DNA from: a virus
Lineage: Duplodnaviria; Heunggongvirae; Uroviricota; Caudoviricetes
Length of the DNA: 46,655 nucleotides
Virus record (IMG/VR): IMGVR_UViG_2721755711_000007
Direction: 5' to 3' (one strand)
Part shown: in pieces, positions 33,890 to 46,655 of the stretch
How the letters are laid out: the number at the start of each line of letters is the position of its first letter
Numbering within the stretch: position 1 is the first letter of the stretch
Notes under the pieces: generated by a model
Databases searched by the model: none
Seen by the model: only the letters and a program-made list of their open reading frames with translations
Told to the model about the DNA's origin: nothing
Program-made: the position numbers and the translations under genes

Positions 33890-34587
33890 TGCAGGATATC
33901 CGGCAGGAAACACTGAATGAATGCACCCGTGCGGAGCAGTCGGCCAGCGTGGTGCTCTGGGAAATCGACCTGACAGAGGTCGGTGGAGAACGTTATTTTT
34001 TCTGTAATGAGCAGAACGAAAAAGGTGAGCCGGTCACCTGGCAGGGGCGACAGTATCAGCCGTATCCCATTCAGGGGAGCGGTTTTGAACTGAATGGCAA
34101 AGGCACCAGTACGCGCCCCACGCTGACGGTTTCTAACCTGTACGGTATGGTCACCGGGATGGCGGAAGATATGCAGAGTCTGGTCGGCGGAACGGTGGTC
34201 CGGCGTAAGGTTTACGCCCGTTTTCTGGATGCGGTGAACTTCGTCAACGGAAACAGTGACGCCGATCCGGAGCAGGAGGTGATCAGCCGCTGGCGCATCG
34301 AGCAGTGCAGCGAACTGAGCGCGGTCAGTGCCTCTTTTGTACTGTCCACGCCGACGGAAACGGACGGTGCCGTTTTTCCGGGACGTATCATGCTGGCCAA
34401 CACCTGCACCTGGACCTATCGCGGTGATGAGTGCGGTTATCACGGTCCGGCGGTCGCGGATGAATATGATCAGCCGACGTCCGATATCACGAAGGATAAA
34501 TGCAGCAAATGCCTGAGCGGCTGTAAGTTTCGCAATAACGTCGGCAACTTTGGCGGCTTCCTTTCCATTAACAAACTTTCGCAGTGA
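33889..34587 (+). CDS. L: Tail tip protein L, 232 aa
   Basis: Position and translation match lambda gpL, including the C-terminal Cys cluster. Confidence 0.9.
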   Translation: MQDIRQETLNECTRAEQSASVVLWEIDLTEVGGERYFFCNEQNEKGEPVTWQGRQYQPYPIQGSGFELNGKGTSTRPTLTVSNLYGMVTGMAEDMQSLVGGTVVRRKVYARFLDAVNFVNGNSDADPEQEVISRWRIEQCSELSAVSASFVLSTPTETDGAVFPGRIMLANTCTWTYRGDECGYHGPAVADEYDQPTSDITKDKCSKCLSGCKFRNNVGNFGGFLSINKLSQ

Positions 34588-34592
34588 ATCCC

Positions 34593-35336
34593 ATGACAGA
34601 GACAGAATCAGCGATTCTGGCGCACGCCCGGCGATGTGCGCCAGCGGAGTCGTGCGGCTTCGTGGTGAGAACACCGGAGGGGGAAAGATATTTTCCCTGC
34701 GTGAATATCTCCGGTGAGCCGGAGGCGTATTTCCGGATGTCGCCGGAGGACTGGCTGCGGGCAGAGATGCAGGGTGAGATTGTGGCGCTGGTCCACAGCC
34801 ACCCCGGTGGTCTGCCCTGGCTGAGTGAGACCGACCGGCGGCTGCAGGTGCAGAGTGATTTGCCGTGGTGGCTGGTTTGCCGGGGGGCGATTCACAAGTT
34901 CCGCTGTGTGCCACATCTTTCCGGGCGGCGCTTTGAGCACGGGGTGACGGACTGTTACACGCTGTTCCGGGATGCTTACCATCTGGCGGGGATTGAGATG
35001 CCGGATTTTCATCGCGAGGATGACTGGTGGCGTCACGGTCAGAATCTCTATCTGGATAATCTGGAGGCCACAGGGCTGTATCAGGTGCCGTTGTCATCAG
35101 CACAACCGGGCGATGTGCTGCTGTGCTGTTTTGGTTCATCGGTGCCGAATCATGCCGCCATTTACTGTGGTGACAGCGAGCTGCTGCACCATATTCCTGA
35201 ACAACTGAGCAAACGAGAGAGGTACACCGACAAATGGCAGCGACGCACACACTCCCTCTGGCGTCACCGGGAATGGCACGCATCTGCCTTTACGGGGATT
35301 TGCAACGATTTGGCCGCCGCATCGACCTTCGTGTGA
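34593..35336 (+). CDS. K: Tail tip assembly protein K (JAB/MPN plus NlpC/P60-like); classical lambda annotation starts at internal ATG 34737
   Basis: ORF MTETESAILAHARRCAPAESCGF...HSHPGG (MPN motif) ...; matches lambda gpK. Confidence 0.85.
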   Translation: MTETESAILAHARRCAPAESCGFVVRTPEGERYFPCVNISGEPEAYFRMSPEDWLRAEMQGEIVALVHSHPGGLPWLSETDRRLQVQSDLPWWLVCRGAIHKFRCVPHLSGRRFEHGVTDCYTLFRDAYHLAGIEMPDFHREDDWWRHGQNLYLDNLEATGLYQVPLSSAQPGDVLLCCFGSSVPNHAAIYCGDSELLHHIPEQLSKRERYTDKWQRRTHSLWRHREWHASAFTGICNDLAAASTFV

Positions 35337-35905
35337 AAACGGGGGCTGAAGCCATCCGCGCACTGGCCACACAGCTCCCGGCGTTTCGTCAGAAACTGAG
35401 CGACGGCTGGTATCAGGTACGGATTGCCGGGCGGGACGTCAGCACGTCCGGGTTAACGGCGCAGTTACATGAGACTCTGCCTGACGGCGCTGTGATTCAT
35501 ATTGTTCCCAGAGTCGCCGGGGCCAAGTCAGGGGGCGTATTCCAGATTGTTCTGGGGGCTGCCGCCATTGCCGGATCATTCTTTACTGCCGGAGCCACCC
35601 TTGCAGCATGGGGGGCAGCCATTGGGGCCGGTGGTATGACCGGCATCCTGTTTTCTCTCGGTGCCAGTATGGTGCTCGGTGGTGTGGCGCAGATGCTGGC
35701 ACCGAAAGCCAGAACTCCCCGTACACAGACAACGGATAACGGTAAGCAGAACACCTATTTCTCCTCACTGGATAACATGGTTGCCCAGGGCAATGTTCTG
35801 CCTGTTCTGTACGGGGAAATGCGCGTGGGGTCTCGCGTGGTTTCTCAGGAGATCAGCACGGCAGACGAAGGGGATGGTGGTCAGGTTGTGGTGATTGGTC
35901 GCTGA
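35234..35905 (+). CDS. I: Tail tip assembly protein I, 223 aa
   Basis: Position and translation match lambda gpI. Confidence 0.9.
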   Translation: MAATHTLPLASPGMARICLYGDLQRFGRRIDLRVKTGAEAIRALATQLPAFRQKLSDGWYQVRIAGRDVSTSGLTAQLHETLPDGAVIHIVPRVAGAKSGGVFQIVLGAAAIAGSFFTAGATLAAWGAAIGAGGMTGILFSLGASMVLGGVAQMLAPKARTPRTQTTDNGKQNTYFSSLDNMVAQGNVLPVLYGEMRVGSRVVSQEISTADEGDGGQVVVIGR

Positions 35906-35964
35906 TGAAAAACGTTTATGTGAAACCGCCTCCGGGCGGTTTTGTCGTTTATGGAGCGTGAGAA

Positions 35965-39910
<3,946 letters not shown>

Positions 39911-39918
39911 CCACTACA

Positions 39919-40723
39919 GCAGGACGGACGCCTTTATATTGCGGGTATCGGTGCCGGTATTGAGAACACCCCTGACGGCATGCAGAGTCAGGTGCTGCTG
40001 GCAGCAGACAGGATTGCGATGATTAATCCTGCGAATGGCAACACAAAGCCGATGTTTGTTGGTCAGGGCGATCAGATATTCATGAATGAAGTGTTCCTGA
40101 AACGCCTGACGGCCCCCACCATTACCAGCGGCGGTAATCCTCCGGCATTTTCCCTGACATCAGACGGGAGACTGACGGCGAAAAATGCGGATATCAGTGG
40201 CAGTGTGAATGCGAACTCAGGAACGCTCAACAATGTCACGATTAACCAGAACTGTACGATTAAGGGCATGCTGGAGGCGACCCAGGTCAGAGGAGATTTC
40301 GTTAAAGCTGTATCAAAAGCCTTCCCGAAAAAAGTCGGTACGTGGGGTAACACGGAAACACCAAACGGTACGGTTACAGTCACCATCAGCGATGATCATA
40401 ACTTTGACCGCCAGATTATTATTCCGCCCATTATTTTTAACGGTATAGCGTATGACGATCCGGGGAGCGGAAATAACCCAGGAGGCACGCGATACACGGG
40501 TTATGGTTTTGAAGTTCGCAAAAACGGCGTATTAATCGCATCCAGAGAAACTAAAGGGGCCATTCCCGGTAGTTACAGTGCAGTTATTGATATGCCGAGT
40601 GGCAGGGGAAGCGTCACTCTGGAGTTTAAGATTTTCCAGAAAGGCAATCAGGGGGCAGGCAATATCACCGACTGTACGGTGATTGTGACCAAAAAAGCCG
40701 CTTCCGGCATCAGTATTCGTTGA
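39919..40723 (+). pseudogene. J: Tail tip/central fibre protein J, 3' part (C-terminal receptor-binding region)
   Basis: In frame with the 5' part once the IS is removed; ...AGIGAGIENTPDGMQSQVLLAADRIAMINPANGNTKPMFVGQ... parallels lambda J; extreme C-terminal region diverges from lambda. Confidence 0.85.
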
Positions 40724-40744
40724 AATATTTATAACCCCAATAAA

Positions 40745-40770
40745 GGGCGTCAGGAATGACGCCTTTTTTA
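40745..40770 (+). terminator. Rho-independent terminator after J
   Basis: GGCGTCA-ggaa-TGACGCC hairpin followed by TTTTTTA. Confidence 0.65.
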
Positions 40771-40793
40771 TTGCAGAAAAGCGAGAGGTAATT

Positions 40794-41393
40794 ATGCGTA
40801 AAGTTTGTGCAGCAATTTTGTCCGCAGCCATTTGTCTGGCCGTATCCGGTGCGCCTGCATGGGCGTCTGAACATCAGTCCACGCTGAGCGCGGGGTATCT
40901 TCATGCCTCGACGAACGTCCCCGGCAGCGATGATCTGAACGGGATTAACGTGAAATACCGTTATGAGTTTACGGACACACTGGGGCTGGTGACGTCATTC
41001 AGCTATGCAGGAGACAAGAATCGCCAGCTGACCCGTTACAGCGATACCCGCTGGCATGAAGATTCCGTTCGTAACCGCTGGTTCAGCGTAATGGCGGGGC
41101 CGTCTGTGCGCGTGAATGAATGGTTCAGCGCGTATGCGATGGCGGGTGTAGCTTACAGCCGTGTGTCGACTTTCTCCGGGGATTATCTTCGCGTAACTGA
41201 CAACAAGGGGAAAAAGCACGATGTGCTGACCGGAAGTGATGACGGTCGCCACAGCAACACGTCTCTGGCGTGGGGGGCTGGCGTGCAGTTTAACCCGACC
41301 GAATCCGTGGCCATTGATATTGCTTATGAAGGCTCCGGCAGTGGTGACTGGCGCACTGACGGTTTCATCGTGGGTGTCGGTTATAAATTCTGA
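40794..41393 (+). CDS. lom: Lom-like outer-membrane protein (Ail/Lom/PagC family), 199 aa
   Basis: Signal peptide and C-terminal IAYEGSGSGDWRTDGFIVGVGYKF identical to lambda Lom end; mid-region diverged. Confidence 0.9.
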   Translation: MRKVCAAILSAAICLAVSGAPAWASEHQSTLSAGYLHASTNVPGSDDLNGINVKYRYEFTDTLGLVTSFSYAGDKNRQLTRYSDTRWHEDSVRNRWFSVMAGPSVRVNEWFSAYAMAGVAYSRVSTFSGDYLRVTDNKGKKHDVLTGSDDGRHSNTSLAWGAGVQFNPTESVAIDIAYEGSGSGDWRTDGFIVGVGYKF

Positions 41394-41419
41394 TTAGCCA
41401 GGTAACACAGTGTTATGAC

Positions 41420-41448
41420 AGCCCGCCGGTTCAGGCGGGCTTTTTTGT
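41420..41448 (+). terminator. Rho-independent terminator after lom
   Basis: AGCCCGCC-ggttca-GGCGGGCT hairpin followed by TTTTTTG. Confidence 0.65.
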
Positions 41449-41457
41449 GGGGTGAAT

Positions 41458-44400
41458 ATGGCAGTAAAGATTTCAGGTGTACTGAAAGACGGCACAGGAA
41501 AACCGGTACAGAACTGCACAATCCAGCTGAAAGCAAAACGTAACAGCACCACGGTGGTGGTGAACACGCTGGCCTCAGAAAATCCGGATGAAGCCGGGCG
41601 TTACAGCATGGACGTTGAGTACGGGCAGTACAGCGTTATTCTGTTGGTGGAGGGATTCCCGCCGTCACATGCCGGGACCATCACCGTGTATGAAGATTCC
41701 CGACCCGGTACGCTGAATGATTTTCTCGGTGCCATGACGGAGGATGATGCCCGTCCTGAGGCACTGCGCCGTTTTGAACTGATGGTGGAAGAGGTGGCGC
41801 GTAACGCGTCCGCGGTGGCACAGAACACGGCAGCCGCGAAGAAGTCAGCCAGCGATGCCAGCACATCAGCCCGTGAGGCGGCAACCCATGCGACTGATGC
41901 TGCAGATTCAGCACGTGCAGCCAGCACGTCAGCCGGACAGGCCGCTTCGTCGGCTCAGTCAGCGTCTTCCAGCGCAGGAACGGCATCAACAAAGGCCACT
42001 GAAGCCTCAAAAAGTGCTGCCGCTGCAGAGTCCTCAAAAAGCGTGGCAGCTACCAGTGCCGGTGCGGCGAAAACGTCAGAAACGAATGCCGCAGCGTCAG
42101 AACAATCAGCCGCCACTTCTGCATCCACCGCGACCACGAAAGCGTCAGAAGCTGCCACCTCAGCCCGGGATGCGGCGGCCTCAAAAGAGGCAGCGAAATC
42201 ATCAGAAACGAACGCATCCTTGAGCGCCAGTAGCGCAGCTTCCTCGGCAACGGCGGCAGGAAATTCCGCGAAGGCGGCAAAAACGTCCGAGACGAACGCC
42301 AGGTCTTCTGAGACGGCAGCGGGACAGAGCGCCTCAGCTGCGGCAGGCTCAAAAACAGCGGCTGCGTCGTCTGCCAGTGCCGCGTCAACAAGTGCCGGGC
42401 AGGCCTCAGCCAGTGCCACCGCCGCCGGAAAATCGGCAGAAAGCGCCGCATCATCCGCTTCAACAGCCACAACGAAGGCTGGCGAAGCCACTGAGCAGGC
42501 CACGGCAGCAGCGAGGTCAGCTTCCGCAGCGAAGACATCCGAAACGAACGCGAAAGCGTCGGAAACCCGTGCAGAATCCTCAAAAACGGCAGCGGCATCG
42601 TCCGCCAGTTCGGCGGCGTCATCGGCATCATCGGCGTCTGCTTCAAAAGATGAGGCGACCAGACAGGCGTCAGCAGCGAAGGGCAGCGCCACGACGGCAT
42701 CCACGAAGGCGACAGAGGCTGCTGGTAGTGCGAAGGCAGCAGCTCAGAGCAAAAGTACGGCGGAATCTGCAGCAACGCGCGCTGAGACAGCGGCAAAACG
42801 GGCAGAGGATATTGCATCCGCCGTGGCGCTTGAGGATGCGAGCACGACGAAAAAGGGGATAGTACAGCTCAGTAGTGCGACTAACAGCACTTCCGAGTCA
42901 CTGGCGGCAACACCAAAAGCCGTTAAGGCCGCGTATGACCTGGCTAGCGGGAAATACACCGCACAGGATGCAACGACAGCACAGAAAGGGATAATCCAGC
43001 TAAGTAGCGCGACCAACAGCACGTCTGAAACGCTGGCGGCAACGCCAAAGGCAGTAAAAGCAGCCAATGACAATGCTGAGAAACGTCTGCAGAAAGATCA
43101 GAACGGTGCGGATATCCCTGGCAAAGACACCTTTACGAAAAATATTGGTGCCTGCCGTGCCTTCGGTGGGTCAGTAAGCACAACAACAGGAAACTGGACG
43201 ACTGCACAGTTTATCGAGTGGCTGGATTCTCAGGGAGCATTTAACCATCCATACTGGATGTGCAAGGGTTCCTGGTCTTATGGCAATAATAAAATCATTA
43301 CTGATACTGGCTGCGGTAATATTCATCTCGCCGGAGCTGTCATTGAAGTAATGGGGATAAAGTCAGCGATGACGATCCGCATTACCACTCCGACCACATC
43401 CAGCGGTGGCGGAACAACCAACGCCCAGTTTACCTATATTAATCACGGAACAGATTATTCACCTGGCTGGCGAAGGGACTATAACTCCAGAAATAAGCCA
43501 ACGGCATCAGAGATCGGGGCGCTACCGTCAGGTGGAACAGCAGTATCATCAGTTAATCTGGCTTCAAAAGGTCGGGTAGCCGCGCTGACAGACAATACGC
43601 AGGGGGCAGCAGGTCTTGAGTTATACGAGGTGTATAACAACGGATATCCAACAACGTATGGAAATATCATTCACCTGAAAGGGATGACAGCCGTTGGCGA
43701 AGGTGAGTTACTCATCGGCTGGAGTGGTACAAGCGGTGCTCATGCTCCGGCATTTATTCGTTCACGACGGGATACGACCGACGCAAACTGGTCGCCGTGG
43801 GCGCAGCTTTACACCTCGGCTCATCCTCCTGCAGAGTTTTATCCAGTCGGTGCACCAATCCCGTGGCCATCAGATACCGTTCCGTCTGGTTATGTCCTGA
43901 TGCAGGGGCAGACTTTTGACAAATCTGCATACCCGAAACTTGCAGCCGCTTATCCGTCAGGCGTGATCCCTGATATGCGTGGCTGGACGATTAAGGGCAA
44001 ACCTGCCAGTGGTCGGGCCGTATTGTCTCAGGAACAGGACGGCATTAAATCGCACACCCACAGCGCCAGCGCATCCAGTACGGATTTGGGGACGAAAACC
44101 ACATCGTCGTTTGATTACGGCACTAAATCCACGAATAACATCGGGGCGCATACGCACAGTGTGAGCGGTACAGCCGCAAGTGCCGGAAACCATACTCATA
44201 GTGTCACAGGCGCATCAGCAGTCAGCCAGTGGTCACAAAATGGGTCAGTACATAAGGTAGTGTCTGCGGCCAGTGTGAATACAAGTGCTGCAGGAGCGCA
44301 CACTCATAGTGTCAGCGGCACAGCTGCATCTGCAGGTGCTCACGCACATACTGTCGGTATTGGTGCTCATACGCACTCGGTTGCGATTGGCTCACATGGA

Positions 44401-44484
44401 CACACCATCACCGTTAACGCTGCTGGTAACGCGGAAAACACCGTCAAAAACATCGCATTTAACTATATTGTGAGGCTTGCATGA
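41458..44484 (+). CDS. stf: Side tail fibre protein Stf, 1008 aa
   Basis: [26 protein letters not shown]... and C-terminal ...[31 protein letters not shown] match lambda Stf; Ala/Ser-rich low-complexity middle. Confidence 0.9.
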   Translation: MAVKISGVLKDGTGKPVQNCTIQLKAKRNSTTVVVNTLASENPDEAGRYSMDVEYGQYSVILLVEGFPPSHAGTITVYEDSRPGTLNDFLGAMTEDDARPEALRRFELMVEEVARNASAVAQNTAAAKKSASDASTSAREAATHATDAADSARAASTSAGQAASSAQSASSSAGTASTKATEASKSAAAAESSKSVAATSAGAAKTSETNAAASEQSAATSASTATTKASEAATSARDAAASKEAAKSSETNASLSASSAASSATAAGNSAKAAKTSETNARSSETAAGQSASAAAGSKTAAASSASAASTSAGQASASATAAGKSAESAASSASTATTKAGEATEQATAAARSASAAKTSETNAKASETRAESSKTAAASSASSAASSASSASASKDEATRQASAAKGSATTASTKATEAAGSAKAAAQSKSTAESAATRAETAAKRAEDIASAVALEDASTTKKGIVQLSSATNSTSESLAATPKAVKAAYDLASGKYTAQDATTAQKGIIQLSSATNSTSETLAATPKAVKAANDNAEKRLQKDQNGADIPGKDTFTKNIGACRAFGGSVSTTTGNWTTAQFIEWLDSQGAFNHPYWMCKGSWSYGNNKIITDTGCGNIHLAGAVIEVMGIKSAMTIRITTPTTSSGGGTTNAQFTYINHGTDYSPGWRRDYNSRNKPTASEIGALPSGGTAVSSVNLASKGRVAALTDNTQGAAGLELYEVYNNGYPTTYGNIIHLKGMTAVGEGELLIGWSGTSGAHAPAFIRSRRDTTDANWSPWAQLYTSAHPPAEFYPVGAPIPWPSDTVPSGYVLMQGQTFDKSAYPKLAAAYPSGVIPDMRGWTIKGKPASGRAVLSQEQDGIKSHTHSASASSTDLGTKTTSSFDYGTKSTNNIGAHTHSVSGTAASAGNHTHSVTGASAVSQWSQNGSVHKVVSAASVNTSAAGAHTHSVSGTAASAGAHAHTVGIGAHTHSVAIGSHGHTITVNAAGNAENTVKNIAFNYIVRLA

Positions 44485-45383
44485 TTACGCTCATTCTTTC
44501 TGCACCAGTAACCGAAATGGCTGAAGCATTTAAGCGGGTATTTGCAAATGCAGATAATGTGAATATTGTCGGAAAGCCATTTGAAACAATCAGAGAATTT
44601 GACTGCATGGTAAGTGCGGCAAATAGTTTCGGCCTGATGGATGGCGGTGTTGATGCCGCCATTACCACATTCTTCGGTTCTCAGCTACAGGCCCGCGTTC
44701 AGAATCATATTCTTCGTGAATATCTCGGCGAGCAGCCTGTAGGTTCTGCATTTGTTATTGAAACGGGGCATAATTATCACCCCTGGCTGGTACATGCGCC
44801 AACAATGCGTGTTCCGTTGACAATTGACGGAACAGACGCTGTATATAACGCAACTTGGGCAGCTCTACTTGCTATCTTTCAGCACAATAAAAACGCAACG
44901 ACAGACAGGAAAATAAAGACGGTGGTATTCCCTGCAATGGGAGCCGGATGTGGTCAGGTGCCGTTTGAAAGCGTTGCCCGGCAGATGAAGCAGGCATGGG
45001 ATAACTTTAATAAAAAAACAGAATCAATTAACTGGGAATACGCACAATCCCGCCAGTCGGCAGTATTTGGCACATATGCATACTGTCCGGGTAATTCTGT
45101 TTGCCGTTATGCGGATACTAAATATATTGGATGCGGCGATTATCGGACGTATTGCTCACGTTCCGGGCAGGTCTGTATTAACCCTGAACATCAGGCTGAT
45201 GATGTACTGATACAACATCAGGCTAATAACCGGTTTCGCCCTGGTTCGCATATACACCGGATTAATCCAGAAAATCCTGTAGGTAATGTCATCTCTGGCG
45301 CACATAGCCACGGAAGTAGCATCGTTATTGGTGCTCACACCCATACGCTCAATAAACAATATTCTGTCTCTGATATTAAGTAG
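44481..45383 (+). CDS. Macro-domain (ADP-ribose-binding/processing fold) protein with Cys-rich, His-X-His tail-fibre-like C-terminus, 300 aa; inserted between stf and tfa
   Basis: Motifs [37 protein letters not shown] and [14 protein letters not shown] fit the macro-domain signature pattern; ATG overlaps stf stop (ATGA); lambda has no gene here. Confidence 0.75.
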   Translation: MITLILSAPVTEMAEAFKRVFANADNVNIVGKPFETIREFDCMVSAANSFGLMDGGVDAAITTFFGSQLQARVQNHILREYLGEQPVGSAFVIETGHNYHPWLVHAPTMRVPLTIDGTDAVYNATWAALLAIFQHNKNATTDRKIKTVVFPAMGAGCGQVPFESVARQMKQAWDNFNKKTESINWEYAQSRQSAVFGTYAYCPGNSVCRYADTKYIGCGDYRTYCSRSGQVCINPEHQADDVLIQHQANNRFRPGSHIHRINPENPVGNVISGAHSHGSSIVIGAHTHTLNKQYSVSDIK

Positions 45384-45391
45384 AGGTGAAC

Positions 45392-45967
45392 ATGGATTTC
45401 AGAATGAGTGAACAACCACGGACCATAACAATTTATAATCTGCTGGCCGGAACTAATGAATTTATTGGTGAAGGTGACGCATACATTCCGCCTCATACAG
45501 GTCTGCCAGCAAACAGTACCGATATTGCACCGCCAGATATTCCGGCTGGTTTCGTGGCTGTTTTCAACAGTGATGAGTCATCGTGGCATCTCGTTGAAGA
45601 TCATCGGGGTAAAACGGTTTATGACGTGGCTTCCGGCGACGCGTTATTTATTTCTGAACTCGGCTCATTACCGGAAAATGTCACCTGGTTATCCCCGGAA
45701 GGGGAGTTTCAGAAGTGGAACGGCACAGCCTGGGTGAAGGATACGGAAGCAGAAAAACTGTTCCGGATCCGGGAGGCGGAAGAAACAAAAAACAGCCTGA
45801 TGCAGGTAGCCAGTGAGCATATAGCGCCGCTTCAGGATGCTGTGGATCTGGAGATCGCAACGGAGAAAGAAACCTTGTTGCTGGAAGCCTGGAAAAAGTA
45901 TCGGGTGTTGCTGAACCGTGTTGATACATCAACTGCACCGGATATTGAATGGCCAGCCCTACCGTAG
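45392..45967 (+). CDS. tfa: Tail fibre assembly protein Tfa, 191 aa
   Basis: [54 protein letters not shown]... matches lambda Tfa; GAGG ribosome-binding site 6 nt upstream. Confidence 0.9.
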   Translation: MDFRMSEQPRTITIYNLLAGTNEFIGEGDAYIPPHTGLPANSTDIAPPDIPAGFVAVFNSDESSWHLVEDHRGKTVYDVASGDALFISELGSLPENVTWLSPEGEFQKWNGTAWVKDTEAEKLFRIREAEETKNSLMQVASEHIAPLQDAVDLEIATEKETLLLEAWKKYRVLLNRVDTSTAPDIEWPALP

Positions 45968-46064
45968 GGTAAGATATATAAATTCTATAATTAGAAGTAT
46001 CTTTCCATTTAAGGCTAGGAAGGGGGGCTTGGAAAACGTAAGGAATCTCACACCGAGATTATTT

Positions 46065-46655
46065 TTATATATCAGGTGTCTGATTTTTTGCTTTAGCTCT
46101 TAAAATGGTTTGCCGCGAGGTTTTGAATTCTTGGGCAATGTCACTTATATTTATACCTGACTTAATTTGCTCTAGTACCCTCTGTATTTGTTCATCATTT
46201 AACACAGGTGGGCGACCAAATCGCTTTCCTGCGCCCCGTGCTCTTAATATCCCTGAATGAGTACGCTCAAGTAAAAGGTCTCGCTCAAATTCAGCGACTG
46301 CTGAAATTACTTGCATCATCATTTTTCCAGGTGGACTGGTCAGGTCAACGCCCCCCAATGCTAAGCAATGCACTTTGATACCTGCTTTGGTCAGTTGTTC
46401 CACCGTTTTACTGATATCCATTGGATTACAACCGAGGCGATCCAGTTTTGTGACAATCAATGCATCACCTCTTTTCAGTCGATCAAGCAACTGGTTAAAA
46501 CCAGGACGCTCACTGGTTGCTGCTGAGCCGCTAATTTGTTCTTCAATTATTTGCTGAGATTTGATGTTAAAACCTGCACTTTCGATTTCCCGACGTTGAT
46601 TTTTGGTTGTCTTTTCCAGAGTTGATACCCGACAGTAAGCATAAATTCGAGACAT
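46065..46655 (-). CDS. pin: PinR/PinQ-like serine recombinase (resolvase/invertase family), 196 aa; start codon is the last three bases of the window
   Basis: [29 protein letters not shown]... with catalytic Ser in YCRVST and C-terminal HTH; typical position downstream of tfa in lambdoid prophages. Confidence 0.85.
   Translation of the reverse strand: MSRIYAYCRVSTLEKTTKNQRREIESAGFNIKSQQIIEEQISGSAATSERPGFNQLLDRLKRGDALIVTKLDRLGCNPMDISKTVEQLTKAGIKVHCLALGGVDLTSPPGKMMMQVISAVAEFERDLLLERTHSGILRARGAGKRFGRPPVLNDEQIQRVLEQIKSGINISDIAQEFKTSRQTILRAKAKNQTPDI

Noticed and set aside
33787-35283. 498-aa ORF on the minus strand across the M-L-K region (and similar long antisense ORFs at 37057..38313 and 32654..33172)
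   Set aside because: They lie antisense to genes whose translations match lambda tail proteins; GC-rich coding DNA often lacks stop codons on the opposite strand; no start context or recognisable protein features.
41955-42817. Overlapping long ORFs on both strands inside stf (Ala-rich and Pro/Arg-rich translations)
   Set aside because: Artefacts of the GCN-rich repetitive Ala/Ser coding tract of Stf; the stf frame is the one continuous with conserved N- and C-termini.
41818-42868. Possible CRISPR-like or tandem-repeat array
   Set aside because: The repeats are imperfect, in-frame and coding (Stf low-complexity region); no constant repeat with unique spacers.
45968-46064. Possible hix/gix-type recombination site next to the pin gene
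   Set aside because: Only weak resemblance (GCTTGGAAAACGTAAGGAA) to the invertase crossover consensus, and no partner inverted copy in the window.

Overview
The whole window lies inside a lambdoid prophage of an Escherichia/Shigella-type genome, running from the integrase gene at the left edge (the attachment site must lie left of position 1) to a PinR-like serine recombinase at the right edge. Gene order: int-xis | IS629-like IS3-family element | lambda-like small b-region genes, exo-bet-gam | a non-lambda immunity region (cI-like repressor, cro-like, YdaT/CII-like) | lambda-type O (with ori iterons)-P-ren | low-GC moron island emrE-ybcK-ybcL-ybcM | nin-type genes (ylcH, ybcN/ninB, ninE, ybcO, rusA, ylcG) | Q antiterminator (quuD) | convergent porin nmpC | PR'-tR' | pinholin/SAR-endolysin/Rz/Rz1 lysis cassette | bor | cos | a complete lambda morphogenetic operon Nu1 through J, then lom, stf, tfa. 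J is split by a 1258-bp IS3-family element with a 3-bp target duplication, and a second IS sits just upstream of xis, so the prophage is probably defective. The most unusual element is a 300-codon ORF wedged between stf and tfa: it encodes a macro-domain (ADP-ribose-binding/processing fold) protein with a tail-fibre-like His-rich C-terminus. No tRNA, rRNA or CRISPR array was seen. All homology statements come from reading the translated ORFs against remembered reference proteins; no database search was run.
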